A stretch of 46,892 bases of DNA, taken from contig JAAPAA010000268.1 in the NCBI GenBank assembly GCA_012274165.1, positions 1-46,892 on the forward strand, in the 5' to 3' direction. The position numbers were made by a program, and so were the translations under genes. Shown here piece by piece: positions 19,876-28,421 of the stretch. Below the pieces are notes generated by a model. It was not told the origin of the DNA. It saw nothing but the letters and a program-made list of their open reading frames with translations, and ran no database searches. This stretch comes from Thiobacillaceae bacterium (lineage in GTDB: Bacteria > Pseudomonadota > Gammaproteobacteria > Burkholderiales > Thiobacillaceae). Numbering within the stretch: position 1 is the stretch's first letter; every line of letters starts with the position of its first letter.

Positions 19876-21678
19876 TCAATCCTGCGGTGCTTTGACCCGG
19901 ATCACCGTGCCTTCGCGGCGTGGATCGGCCGCACCCTCGTGGACGCCTGTCGCCAGGTCGATCGCCACCGCCTGCACCGAGCCGATGCTCGCCTGGCAGC
20001 CATTCGTGCCAGCTTCACCCAGGCCGATATGCCCCAGCTTGCGCAAGGCATCCTGCGTGCCGACGCTGAACGCGGGCTGCATGAAGACCTGGCCGCCTTC
20101 GCAGCTCACCTGGCCGGCAGCCTGGGTGACCGACAGGCGCGGGGCATCGATGGCCTGCTGCAGGGTCATGCCGTGGTCGACCAGATTGAGCGTGACGTTG
20201 AGCACCGAGTTGATGATGGTTGCGCCGCCGGGCGAACCGAAGGCGGCAACCGGCTTGTCCTGTTTCAGCAGCAGCAGCGGGGCCATGCTGGAGCGCGGGC
20301 GCTTGTAGGGGGCAACGTCATTGGCGCCGGGGTTGCCCGCCACGGCGTCGGCGCTGGGCGCCAGGTTGAAATCTGTCAGTTCGTTGTTGAGCAGGAAACC
20401 ATAGCCCGGCACGGTGATGCCCGTGCCCCAGGTGTATTCGATGGTGGTGGTGACACTCACCACGTTGCCCCAGCGGTCGACGATGGCGAAGTGAGTGGTG
20501 TGCGGGCTTTCTTCGTGGACACGCGATGGGGCTGGCCGCACGGTGGTGGATGAATCCCAGGGCGTGGGGTCGCCGGCCTGCGGCGTGTCCATGCGGCTGT
20601 CCGGTTTGATCTGTGCGGCGCGGGTGGCCAGATAGCCGGGATGCAGCAACCCGCGTTGTGGCACCGGCATGGTGTCGTCATCGCCGATCCACACCGCGCG
20701 GTCGGCAAACGCCAGCCGCATCGCCTCGATCATCACGTGCAGGGTTTGCGGACTGTCAAAGCCGTAGCCCTGCGCCGTGTCGCCGAGCGGAAAGCGCTGC
20801 AGCAGGTTCAGCATCTGCAGCACCGTCAAGCCACCCGACGACGGCGGCGGCATACCCTCCAGCGTCCAGCCGCGGTAGTGGCCGATCAGGGGTTGTCGGA
20901 TCACCACCTGATACTGCGCGAGATCGGCGAGCGTCATGCGGCCGCGGCCGGCGTCGCCGAGTTCGCTGCGGCTGCGTTGCTGGGCCTTGACGATGGCCCG
21001 GGCAAGCGGGCCGCGATAGAACGCATCAGGCCCCTTGGCGGCAATCAGCTTTAGCGTCTTCGCCAGGTCGGGCTGCACCAGCCAGTCGCCTTCGGCGAGC
21101 GGTACGCCGCCGGGGCGGAAGGTCGCGGCGGTTTCCGGATGCAACTGCGTGCGGCCATCGTCGTGGGCGATGTCGTCCGCCAGAAAGCGGTTGACGCGAA
21201 AGCCGTGCCCGGCGAGTTCGATCGCCGGCGCCAGCGTGTCGGCGAGTTTCTTGGTGCCCCAGCGGCGCAGCGCGGTGTCGATGCCGCGCAGCGTGCCGGG
21301 CACGCCGACCGCCAGGCCGCTGGTCGAGGCCAGCGGAAACGCCATCGCCAGGCCATCCGGAGCAAACATGTCGGCGCTGGCCGCCGCCGGGGCGCGCTCA
21401 CGCGAATCGACGATGAAGGTCTCGCCGGTCTTGGCGAGGTGAACCAGCATGAAGCCGCCCCCGCCGATACCGGAGGACTGCGGTTCCACCACGTTGAGCG
21501 CGAACTGCACCGCGGCGGCGGCATCGATGGCATTGCCGCCCTGCGCCAGCATGCGCGCGCCGGCAGCCGCAGCGGCCGGATGCGACACCGCCACCACGCC
21601 GTCTGGCGAGGCGGCGAACAACGTGGTGGAAAACAGGCACAGCGCAAGCCAGCGCGTGCAATGCAAACGTGCGTTCAT
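19876..21678 (-). CDS. ggt: Gamma-glutamyltransferase (exported)
   Basis: GGNAIDAAAA, VEPQSSGIGGGGF, PPPSSGG, autoprocessing HTTHFAIVD, LLNNELTDF, KRPRSSM, GSPGG, GAADPRREG. Signal peptide from MNARL; exact start uncertain. Confidence 0.92.
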   Translation of the reverse strand: MNARLHCTRWLALCLFSTTLFAASPDGVVAVSHPAAAAAGARMLAQGGNAIDAAAAVQFALNVVEPQSSGIGGGGFMLVHLAKTGETFIVDSRERAPAAASADMFAPDGLAMAFPLASTSGLAVGVPGTLRGIDTALRRWGTKKLADTLAPAIELAGHGFRVNRFLADDIAHDDGRTQLHPETAATFRPGGVPLAEGDWLVQPDLAKTLKLIAAKGPDAFYRGPLARAIVKAQQRSRSELGDAGRGRMTLADLAQYQVVIRQPLIGHYRGWTLEGMPPPSSGGLTVLQMLNLLQRFPLGDTAQGYGFDSPQTLHVMIEAMRLAFADRAVWIGDDDTMPVPQRGLLHPGYLATRAAQIKPDSRMDTPQAGDPTPWDSSTTVRPAPSRVHEESPHTTHFAIVDRWGNVVSVTTTIEYTWGTGITVPGYGFLLNNELTDFNLAPSADAVAGNPGANDVAPYKRPRSSMAPLLLLKQDKPVAAFGSPGGATIINSVLNVTLNLVDHGMTLQQAIDAPRLSVTQAAGQVSCEGGQVFMQPAFSVGTQDALRKLGHIGLGEAGTNGCQASIGSVQAVAIDLATGVHEGAADPRREGTVIRVKAPQD

Positions 21679-21751
21679 GGGCAACATCGAATAAACCGGA
21701 ACAGGTTTCAGCCTGTCGGGTTTTGGCGCACGCGTCAATGCGCTGCAGGGG

Positions 21752-21992
21752 GAGTGGCTGAGTTCGGCCCAGAAGTGGTCAGTCAGTTAGGCTACCGCGA
21801 ACGTCGGTACCTCGGCCATTGCGGCCGGTGGCGTCCCCCCAGTTAAATGACCGGTGTCGTGCAGGTTGCCGACGTTCAGGGAGTACGCCACCGAATGGCT
21901 GCTTTCGTTAGCAGCGAAGGACGGCAGCCGACCCATTTCAGCCAGTTGTGGCTGCTTCCCGAGTGTCCGTTCAGCACTAGATGCTGCCATCT
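21752..21992. repeat. Array of ~6 degenerate 32-33 bp imperfect palindromes (left array)
   Basis: Units start at 21752, 21799, 21845, 21893 (short), 21916 and 21961; approximate consensus GA(A/G)YGNCNG...GCNGNCRTTC; spacing mostly 45-48 bp. Confidence 0.55.
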
Positions 21993-22069
21993 GCAGCCGA
22001 CCAATATCCTCATTCATTTAAGCGGCTTCATCATTTTTCACCGAAATCTCCAGCGCATCCCCTGGATGG

Positions 22070-22231
22070 TTAACCCGGGCGATTCAGCTTGTCGCCAACC
22101 TTCATCTGGTCGCGCATGAAATTGCGTGTCTGGTCGTTGCGCACGCCATACCTGGCGAGCGTCTTGGGCATCTTGGCTAAATCGTCGACGCTGACGTCGG
22201 ATGGTTCGGACTTCACCAGCCAATAGCGCAT
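22070..22231 (-). pseudogene. Truncated EVE-domain protein remnant
   Basis: MRYWLVKSEPSDVSVDDL...YGVRNDQTRNFMRDQMKVGD matches the EVE N-terminus (YWLxKSEP...WxGVRNYQARNF); the frame ends before the FYHS segment. Confidence 0.7.
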
Positions 22232-22509
22232 AGGTAAGTCCCTATAGTTCATTCCTGCCGGCGCACATGATCTCCGGCCTGCTTCTATCAAGCTTCACCG
22301 CAACGATGCCACGACGCTCGCGCAGGATCGACTTCCCCGGAATTTTGCAAATCCCTTCCGGGGTGCCTGCAGGGTAATGCCCGTGCTTGGTGTTCTTGGT
22401 GCTTGTCCACAGCCATGTCAGCGTCTGGAAAAAAAGCAAGCTTGCTCTATAAACAATGGGCATGGGCTACTACATGGCTGCACATCGCACCGTGGGCTTG
22501 GATAACCAG

Positions 22510-22623
22510 TCTCAAGAAGTCCATGTGCGCCGGAATGCTGTTGGCCGCGGCATCGACAATGTCCGTGGCGGACGAAAGCGGGGGGTGAGCTTCTGGCTGC
22601 CGGCCAGTTCGGCAGCTTCGCTG
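22510..22623 (+). repeat. Degenerate direct copy of the 5' end of the SphA-family gene (29999-30111)
   Basis: TCTCAAGAAGTC...GCCGGAATGCTG.TGGCCGCGGCATCGACAA..TCCGTGGCGGACGAA...GTGAGCTTCTGGCTGCCGG(G)CCAGTTCGGCAGCTTCGCTG occurs at both loci; this copy carries frameshifting indels. Confidence 0.9.
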
Positions 22624-22652
22624 AGCAATTATTCATATAGAGGAACACAGCC

Positions 22653-25019
22653 ATGAAAGTCAACCTCATGCAAGACCTCATCGCCGTCGCCGGACTCGCG
22701 CTGGCACTCGCCGGCACGACGGTTTCAGCGCAGGAAAAACTCGATCGCACGGTGCTGCCGATCGCGGAACCCAAGCGGCAGACCTACACTGAGCTTGACG
22801 CGCGCAAGGCCAAGGCCCCGCCGCGATTCGAGGTCAAGGCACCCAAGGGCGCGCCCAATGTCGTCATCGTACTGATCGACGACATCGGCTTCGGCGGACC
22901 CACCACGTTCGGCGGCCCGATCCGTACCCCGACCTTAGACCAGCTCGCCCAGTCCGGCCTGCGCTTCAACAACTTTCACACCACGGCGCTGTGCTCACCG
23001 ACACGAGTCGCCCTCAAGTCCGGCCGCAATCACCACACCGCCAATGCCGGCTCGATCATGGAGACCGCGACGGCCTTCCCCGGCAACACCGGGCAGATCC
23101 CGAACAGCGTTGCGCCGCTGGCCGAAATGCTGCGCCTCAACGGCTACAGCACCGGCGCCTTCGGCAAGTGGCACGAAACCGCCGCCTGGGAGACCAGCGT
23201 GTCGGGGCCGTTCGACCGCTGGCCCACCCACCAGGGCTTCGACAAGTTCTACGGCTTCATCGGCGGCGAGACCGACCAGTGGTACCCGCTGATCTATGAC
23301 GGCACGATCAAGGTCGACCCGCCGAAAATGAAGGACTACCACTTCAGCGTGGACATGACGAACCAGGCCATCAACTGGGTGAAAGCCCAGCAGTCGATGA
23401 CGCCGGACAAGCCGTTCTTCGTCTATTACGCCACCGGCGCGGTACACGCGCCGCACCACGTGCCGAAGGAATGGGCCGACAAGTACAAGGGCCAGTTCGA
23501 CAAGGGCTGGGACCAGACCCGGGTCGACACGCTCGAGCGCCAGAAGAAGCTCGGCGTGGTGCCGCCGAATACCCAATTGGGCGAGCGACCCAAGGACCTC
23601 AAGGCGTGGGACTCGCTGCCGGCAGACCAGCGGCGTCTCTTCGCGCGCCAGGCCGAGGTGTTCGCCGGATTCCTGGAGCACACCGACGACCAGGTCGGGC
23701 GCTTCAGGAAAGCGCTGGAGGACATCGGCGAGTTGGACAACACGCTCTTCATCTACATCATGGGCGATAACGGCACCAGCGCCGAGGGTGGCTTCGTCGG
23801 CATGTACAACGAGATGACCTACTTCAACGGCGTGGAGGAGAAGGTCGAAGACCTGATCCCGCTGATCGACAAGTGGGGCGGTCCGGAAACCTTCCCGCAC
23901 ATGGCCGCTGGCTGGGCGGTGGCGTTCGACACGCCCTTCTCGTGGACCAAGCAGGTGGCGTCCGACTTCGGCGGCACGCGCAACGGGATGGTCATCCACT
24001 GGCCGAAGGGTATCAAGGAGAAGGGCGGGCTGCGCAGCCAGTTCTCGCACGTCATCGACATCGCGCCCACGATTCTTGAAGCCGCCGGGCTGCCGCAACC
24101 CAAGAGCGTCAACGGCACGGTGCAGACACCCATCGAAGGCACCAGCCTGCTCTACGCCTTCAACGACGCGAAGGCGCCGGAGCGGCACAAGACGCAGTAC
24201 TTCGAGATGTTCGGCAATCGCGCGATCTACCACGAAGGCTGGTTTGCCCGCACCATCCACCGCGCGCCCTGGCAGACCACCAACCTGCCGCCGCTGACCA
24301 CCGACGTCTGGGACCTCTACGACGTGAGGAACGATTTCAGCCTCACCAAGAACCTGGCCGCCGCGCAGCCCGAGAAGCTGAAGGAGATGCAGGCGCTGTT
24401 CATGAAGGAGGCGCAGAAGTACAACGTGCTGCCCATCGACGACCGGACCATCGAGCGCACCAACGCGACCCTTGCGGGCCGCCCGGATTTCATGGGCGAC
24501 CGCACCTCCCTCACGCTCTACGAGGGGATGCAGGGCATGCTCGAAAACAGCTTCATGAACATCAAGAACCGGTCGAGCAAGATCACCGCGGATCTCGAAA
24601 TCCCGGCCGGCGGCGCCAACGGCGCGATCCTGTCGCAGGGCGGAAAGTTTGGCGGCTGGTCGCTGTACATGAAGGATAGCAAGCCGTCCTATGTGTACAA
24701 CTTCCTCGGGCTCGACCGCTACACCGTCACCGCGCCCGAAGCGCTGCCGGCGGGTCCGGCGAAAGTCGTTCTGGACTTCGCCTATGACGGCGGCGGCCTT
24801 GGCAAGGGCGGCAAGGCGACGCTCTCCGTGAACGGAAAACAGGTTGCCGAAGGGCGCGTCGAAAAGACCCAGCCCAATATCTTCTCGGCGGACGAGACCG
24901 CCGACGTTGGCATCGACAACCAGACGCCGGTCGCCCAGGGGATCGGCATCGGCCCCGAGACCCGGTTCACCGGCACGATCCAGAAGATCGTCCTCGAAGT
25001 CAGCCCGATGAAGAAATGA
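22653..25019 (+). CDS. Arylsulfatase (Cys-type, formylglycine-dependent), exported
   Basis: Signal peptide, PNVVIVLIDDIG, ALCSPTR (CxPxR), GYSTGAFGKWH, AVHAPHH, GDNG; C-terminal beta-domain. Confidence 0.93.
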   Translation: MKVNLMQDLIAVAGLALALAGTTVSAQEKLDRTVLPIAEPKRQTYTELDARKAKAPPRFEVKAPKGAPNVVIVLIDDIGFGGPTTFGGPIRTPTLDQLAQSGLRFNNFHTTALCSPTRVALKSGRNHHTANAGSIMETATAFPGNTGQIPNSVAPLAEMLRLNGYSTGAFGKWHETAAWETSVSGPFDRWPTHQGFDKFYGFIGGETDQWYPLIYDGTIKVDPPKMKDYHFSVDMTNQAINWVKAQQSMTPDKPFFVYYATGAVHAPHHVPKEWADKYKGQFDKGWDQTRVDTLERQKKLGVVPPNTQLGERPKDLKAWDSLPADQRRLFARQAEVFAGFLEHTDDQVGRFRKALEDIGELDNTLFIYIMGDNGTSAEGGFVGMYNEMTYFNGVEEKVEDLIPLIDKWGGPETFPHMAAGWAVAFDTPFSWTKQVASDFGGTRNGMVIHWPKGIKEKGGLRSQFSHVIDIAPTILEAAGLPQPKSVNGTVQTPIEGTSLLYAFNDAKAPERHKTQYFEMFGNRAIYHEGWFARTIHRAPWQTTNLPPLTTDVWDLYDVRNDFSLTKNLAAAQPEKLKEMQALFMKEAQKYNVLPIDDRTIERTNATLAGRPDFMGDRTSLTLYEGMQGMLENSFMNIKNRSSKITADLEIPAGGANGAILSQGGKFGGWSLYMKDSKPSYVYNFLGLDRYTVTAPEALPAGPAKVVLDFAYDGGGLGKGGKATLSVNGKQVAEGRVEKTQPNIFSADETADVGIDNQTPVAQGIGIGPETRFTGTIQKIVLEVSPMKK

Positions 25020-26181
25020 GCCAGAACAACAGGCAACGCCGTGAACGAACGGCGGCGCAAGCTGCGCCGCCGCTTGCACCGGCAAGCCACGCTCGCCGCA
25101 ATTTCCTGATCGCAGCAGGAATCACGGCCAGCGGCGCGGCTGGCGGCCTGGGGTGGTGGTGGTACAGGCGAGGCTTGTCCCCGCAGGAGCCGGTGGTGGT
25201 TGTCGGCGACGGCGTGCGCGGCCCCCTCGGCATGGCGGCGAGTTCCTCATGGGCAGCGACCACAAGCTCGCGCAGCAGAACGAGCGGCCGGCGCACAAGG
25301 TGCGCATCGGCGGTTTCTGGATGGACCGCACGCACGTCACCAACGCGCAGTTCGCGGCGTTCGTGAAGGCGACCGGGTACGTGACGACCGCCGAGCGCAA
25401 GCTGGACTGGGAAAAGATCGCGCCGGGAACGCCGAAGCCGCCGGACTCGGAGCTGGTGCCCGGTGCGATGGTGTTCATCGGTACCGACGAGCCAGTCCCG
25501 CTCGACGATTACTCGCGATGGTGGGCGTTCGTGCCCGGCGCGGACTGGCGCCATCCGCAGGGGCCGAGCAGCAACATCGAGGGCAAGCACGACCACCCGG
25601 TGGTGCAGGTTTCATACGACGACGTGGCCGCCTACGCGAAGTGGGCGGGCAAGCGCCTGCCGACCGAGGCCGAGTGGGAATTCGCCGCGCGCGGCGGCCT
25701 CGAACAAGCGACTTACGCGTGGGGCGACGACCTCGCGCCGCAGGGCCGGATGATGGCCAACATCTGGGAAGGCCGGCAGGAGCGCTTTCCCGTCGTGAAG
25801 CCGATCGTGAGCGCCAAGGCGGGTGGTGCGGTCGGCACTTCGCCCGCGGGCACCTTCCCGGCCAACGGCTATGGCCTGTACGACATGACCGGCAATGCCT
25901 GGCAATGGGTCGCCGACTGGTACAGCTCCATTTACTTTGTCACGCAGGAGCGCGCAGGAAAGGTGATCGATCCGCGCGGGCCTTCGGAGAGCTACGACCC
26001 GGAGGATCGCAGCGTGCCGGTGAATGCGCCGAAGCGCGTGATCCGCGGCGGCTCGTTCCTCTGCAACGTGGATTACTGCCTGAGCTATCGGCCGAGCGCG
26101 CGCCGCGGTAGCGATCCGCTCAACCCGATGTCGCACCTCGGCTTCAGGCTGGCTGCTGACGTGGACCGCCGAGTGACATAG
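25016..26181 (+). pseudogene. Formylglycine-generating enzyme (SUMF1/FGE), frameshifted at ~25235
   Basis: Frame 1 (ATGA-coupled to the sulfatase): RRNFL signal/anchor ...GPLGM. Frame 2: GEFLMGS, VTNAQF, HPVVQVS, KRLPTEAEWEFAARGG, YGLYDMTGNAWQW, RGGSFLCNVDYC. Confidence 0.8.
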
Positions 26182-26214
26182 CCGGGCCAATCGATTACCC
26201 ATGGGAGACCGATC

Positions 26215-27696
26215 ATGAAGACCAGACACCTGAAAGACGTTATCGCCAGTGCCGCAGCGCTAGCGCTCGTCGTCACCGCAATGACCGCCGGCGCGCAGAC
26301 GCAGACGACCGATACCCGCTTCGGCAAGCTGAACTTCGAGAGGGGGTATCCGACCGACGAGACCACGAAGAAAGTTTTCGATGAGATGGACTACCAGCGT
26401 GCCGTGCAAGCCTACTTGTGGTCCTATCCGGTCGTTTCGTTCGAGTCGATCCGGTTGGGGGTCAAGCGTGACCTCGGCGTCGACCACAACGAATTCATCA
26501 TCGCCGACAAACTCGCCGACGCCAAGGGCATCTGGCTCACGGCGAACGACAGCACGGTCTATGCTTTGACGAACATCGATCTCGGGAAGCATGGGCCGAT
26601 GGTGGTCGATGTCCCGCCCGGCGCCATCGTGGGCCTGATCGACGATTTCTGGCAGCGCGCGATCACCGACCTGGGCCTGCCCGGGCCCGATAAAGACAAG
26701 GGCGGAAAGTTTCTGCTCCTTCCCCCTGGCTACAAGGGCGAAGTTCCCGCGACCGGCTATCACGTCCTGCGGGGGACGATGAACAACTACAACGTCATGG
26801 TCCGCGGCATCGCGGTGAAAGGCGACTTCGGCCCCGCGGTGCAGGTCGTCAGCAAGATGAATGTTTACCCGTGGAGTGAACGCAGCAAACCCAAGGCTGC
26901 CAGGTTCGTTTCCTTCTCGGGGAAGGTGGTGGACACCCTTCCGCCGGCCGGCATCGAATACTGGGCGCGGCTTTCTGCGTTCATCAACAACAACCCCGTT
27001 CACGAGCGCGATCGCTTTTTCATGGCCATGCTGAAGCCCCTGGGCATCGAGAAAGGCAAGCCGTTCGCACCCAATGTGCGGCAGAAAGCGATCCTCGAAG
27101 AAGCGGCCCGCGCCGGCGACGCCATGGGTCGCGTGATGCTCTTCGAGGGAGAGCAGCGCATCGCCAAGGCCAACGCCTTTGCCGGCACACAGTGGAACTG
27201 GGTGGTCCTCAATAGCACCAACGGGGAAAGCGAACATTACAGCCAGCTCGACGAGCGGCTGCACTACACATACGGCGCCATCTACACCTCGCCTTTCATC
27301 GGGTCGAAGAAGCCCGGCCCCGGGTCGGAATACGTCCAGGCCTTCAAGGACAAGGACGGCAAGCGCCTCGACGGCGGCAAGTCCTATCGCCTGCGCGTGC
27401 CGGCGAACGTGCCGGCCGTGAGCTTCTGGTCGCTGACGCTCTACGACACCGCGACCCGCTCCATGATCCAGAACCCCAGCGGTGACGCCGCCCACTCGTC
27501 CTATGACAAGCTCAAGGCCAACGCCGACGGCTCGATTGATCTTTACTTCGGACCCAAAGCTCCCGCCGGCCAGGAGAGCAACTGGACCGAGACGGTTCCT
27601 GGCAAAGGCTTCTACCCGATGTTCCGCTTTTACACCCCAAAACCAGGGGTGTTTGACGGAACGTGGAAACTGCCGGACGTCGAGTTGGTGAAATGA
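26215..27696 (+). CDS. DUF1254/DUF1214-domain exported protein (copy 1)
   Basis: Signal peptide, DYQRAVQAYLW, LTANDSTVY, DDFWQR, GPDKDKGGKFLL, LDGGKSY, FWSLTLYD, DGSIDLYFGP. Confidence 0.88.
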   Translation: MKTRHLKDVIASAAALALVVTAMTAGAQTQTTDTRFGKLNFERGYPTDETTKKVFDEMDYQRAVQAYLWSYPVVSFESIRLGVKRDLGVDHNEFIIADKLADAKGIWLTANDSTVYALTNIDLGKHGPMVVDVPPGAIVGLIDDFWQRAITDLGLPGPDKDKGGKFLLLPPGYKGEVPATGYHVLRGTMNNYNVMVRGIAVKGDFGPAVQVVSKMNVYPWSERSKPKAARFVSFSGKVVDTLPPAGIEYWARLSAFINNNPVHERDRFFMAMLKPLGIEKGKPFAPNVRQKAILEEAARAGDAMGRVMLFEGEQRIAKANAFAGTQWNWVVLNSTNGESEHYSQLDERLHYTYGAIYTSPFIGSKKPGPGSEYVQAFKDKDGKRLDGGKSYRLRVPANVPAVSFWSLTLYDTATRSMIQNPSGDAAHSSYDKLKANADGSIDLYFGPKAPAGQESNWTETVPGKGFYPMFRFYTPKPGVFDGTWKLPDVELVK

Positions 27697-27729
27697 CACG
27701 CGACCCAACACACGCCCAGGAGATCTGTC

Positions 27730-28356
27730 ATGAACACTAAATACTCAAGACGTTCTGTCCTCGCTGTCGGTGCGCTCGCGCTCCTCGACGCCGCAATGAG
27801 CAGCACGACGGCGCAGGCACAAACGCAGGCGCCCGGCAGCGGGAAGGCTCCCGCCGGCAAGCCCAGGTCCAAGCAGGCCTCTGCCATCAAAACCCGCACG
27901 GCTTCGTGCAACTGCGGGCAGCTTCGCGTGACCTGCACCGGCCCCGACCCGGACCGGGTTGTCATGTGCAACTGCTACTTGTGCCAGAAGAAGACGGGCA
28001 GCCCGTTTTCTCTCCAGGCGCGATTCCCGAACGAGCAGGTGAAGATCGAAGGCAAATCGACGGCGTGGAGGTTCCCCATCGAGGGTGCGAAGCCGACCCC
28101 GTACCGCACCTGTGCCGGCTCGGATGGGATCGCCACTGATTCAGCTGCAGATTTGGTCACGTCTCATTTCTGCCCTGTGTGCGGGTCGACTGTTTACTAC
28201 TACCGAAAGTCCGATCCAGCCCGGACCGGCGTGAGAGTCGGCGCCTTCGCCGACCCGACGTTTCCGCCACCGATGGGTTCCGGCTTCGAAGAGTACGCGC
28301 ATCCCTGGGTGATGAACATCTCGGCGCTTTCGATGCCGCTGGGGCATCACAAGTAG
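27730..28356 (+). CDS. GFA/CENP-V-family Zn-binding protein with a twin-arginine signal peptide
   Basis: SRRSVL...AQA signal; ASCNCGQL, CNCYLCQKKTGSPF, HFCPVCGSTVY, VGAFADPTFPPP. Confidence 0.8.
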   Translation: MNTKYSRRSVLAVGALALLDAAMSSTTAQAQTQAPGSGKAPAGKPRSKQASAIKTRTASCNCGQLRVTCTGPDPDRVVMCNCYLCQKKTGSPFSLQARFPNEQVKIEGKSTAWRFPIEGAKPTPYRTCAGSDGIATDSAADLVTSHFCPVCGSTVYYYRKSDPARTGVRVGAFADPTFPPPMGSGFEEYAHPWVMNISALSMPLGHHK

Positions 28357-28421
28357 CAGCGGGCTGACCGCGGCGAAATAGGCAAGCGCTATCCATCAAA
28401 AAAATCGTAGGGGAGTTCTCC

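Noticed and set aside
21752-21992. CRISPR or integron attC interpretation of the repeat arrays
   Set aside because: Units are too divergent, linkers are only ~14 bp, there is no cas or intI gene in the window, and no RYYYAAC/GTTRRRY ends.
22242-22463. 73-aa ORF between the EVE remnant and the SphA stub
   Set aside because: No RBS or recognisable motif; it may be a decayed fragment but I cannot support a call.
22995-25085. 696-aa antisense ORF, and similar long ones at 16828..18444, 26260..27711, 34848..36242 and 42399..43907
   Set aside because: Shadow ORFs opposite well-supported genes, as expected from high-GC codon bias; no recognisable motifs.
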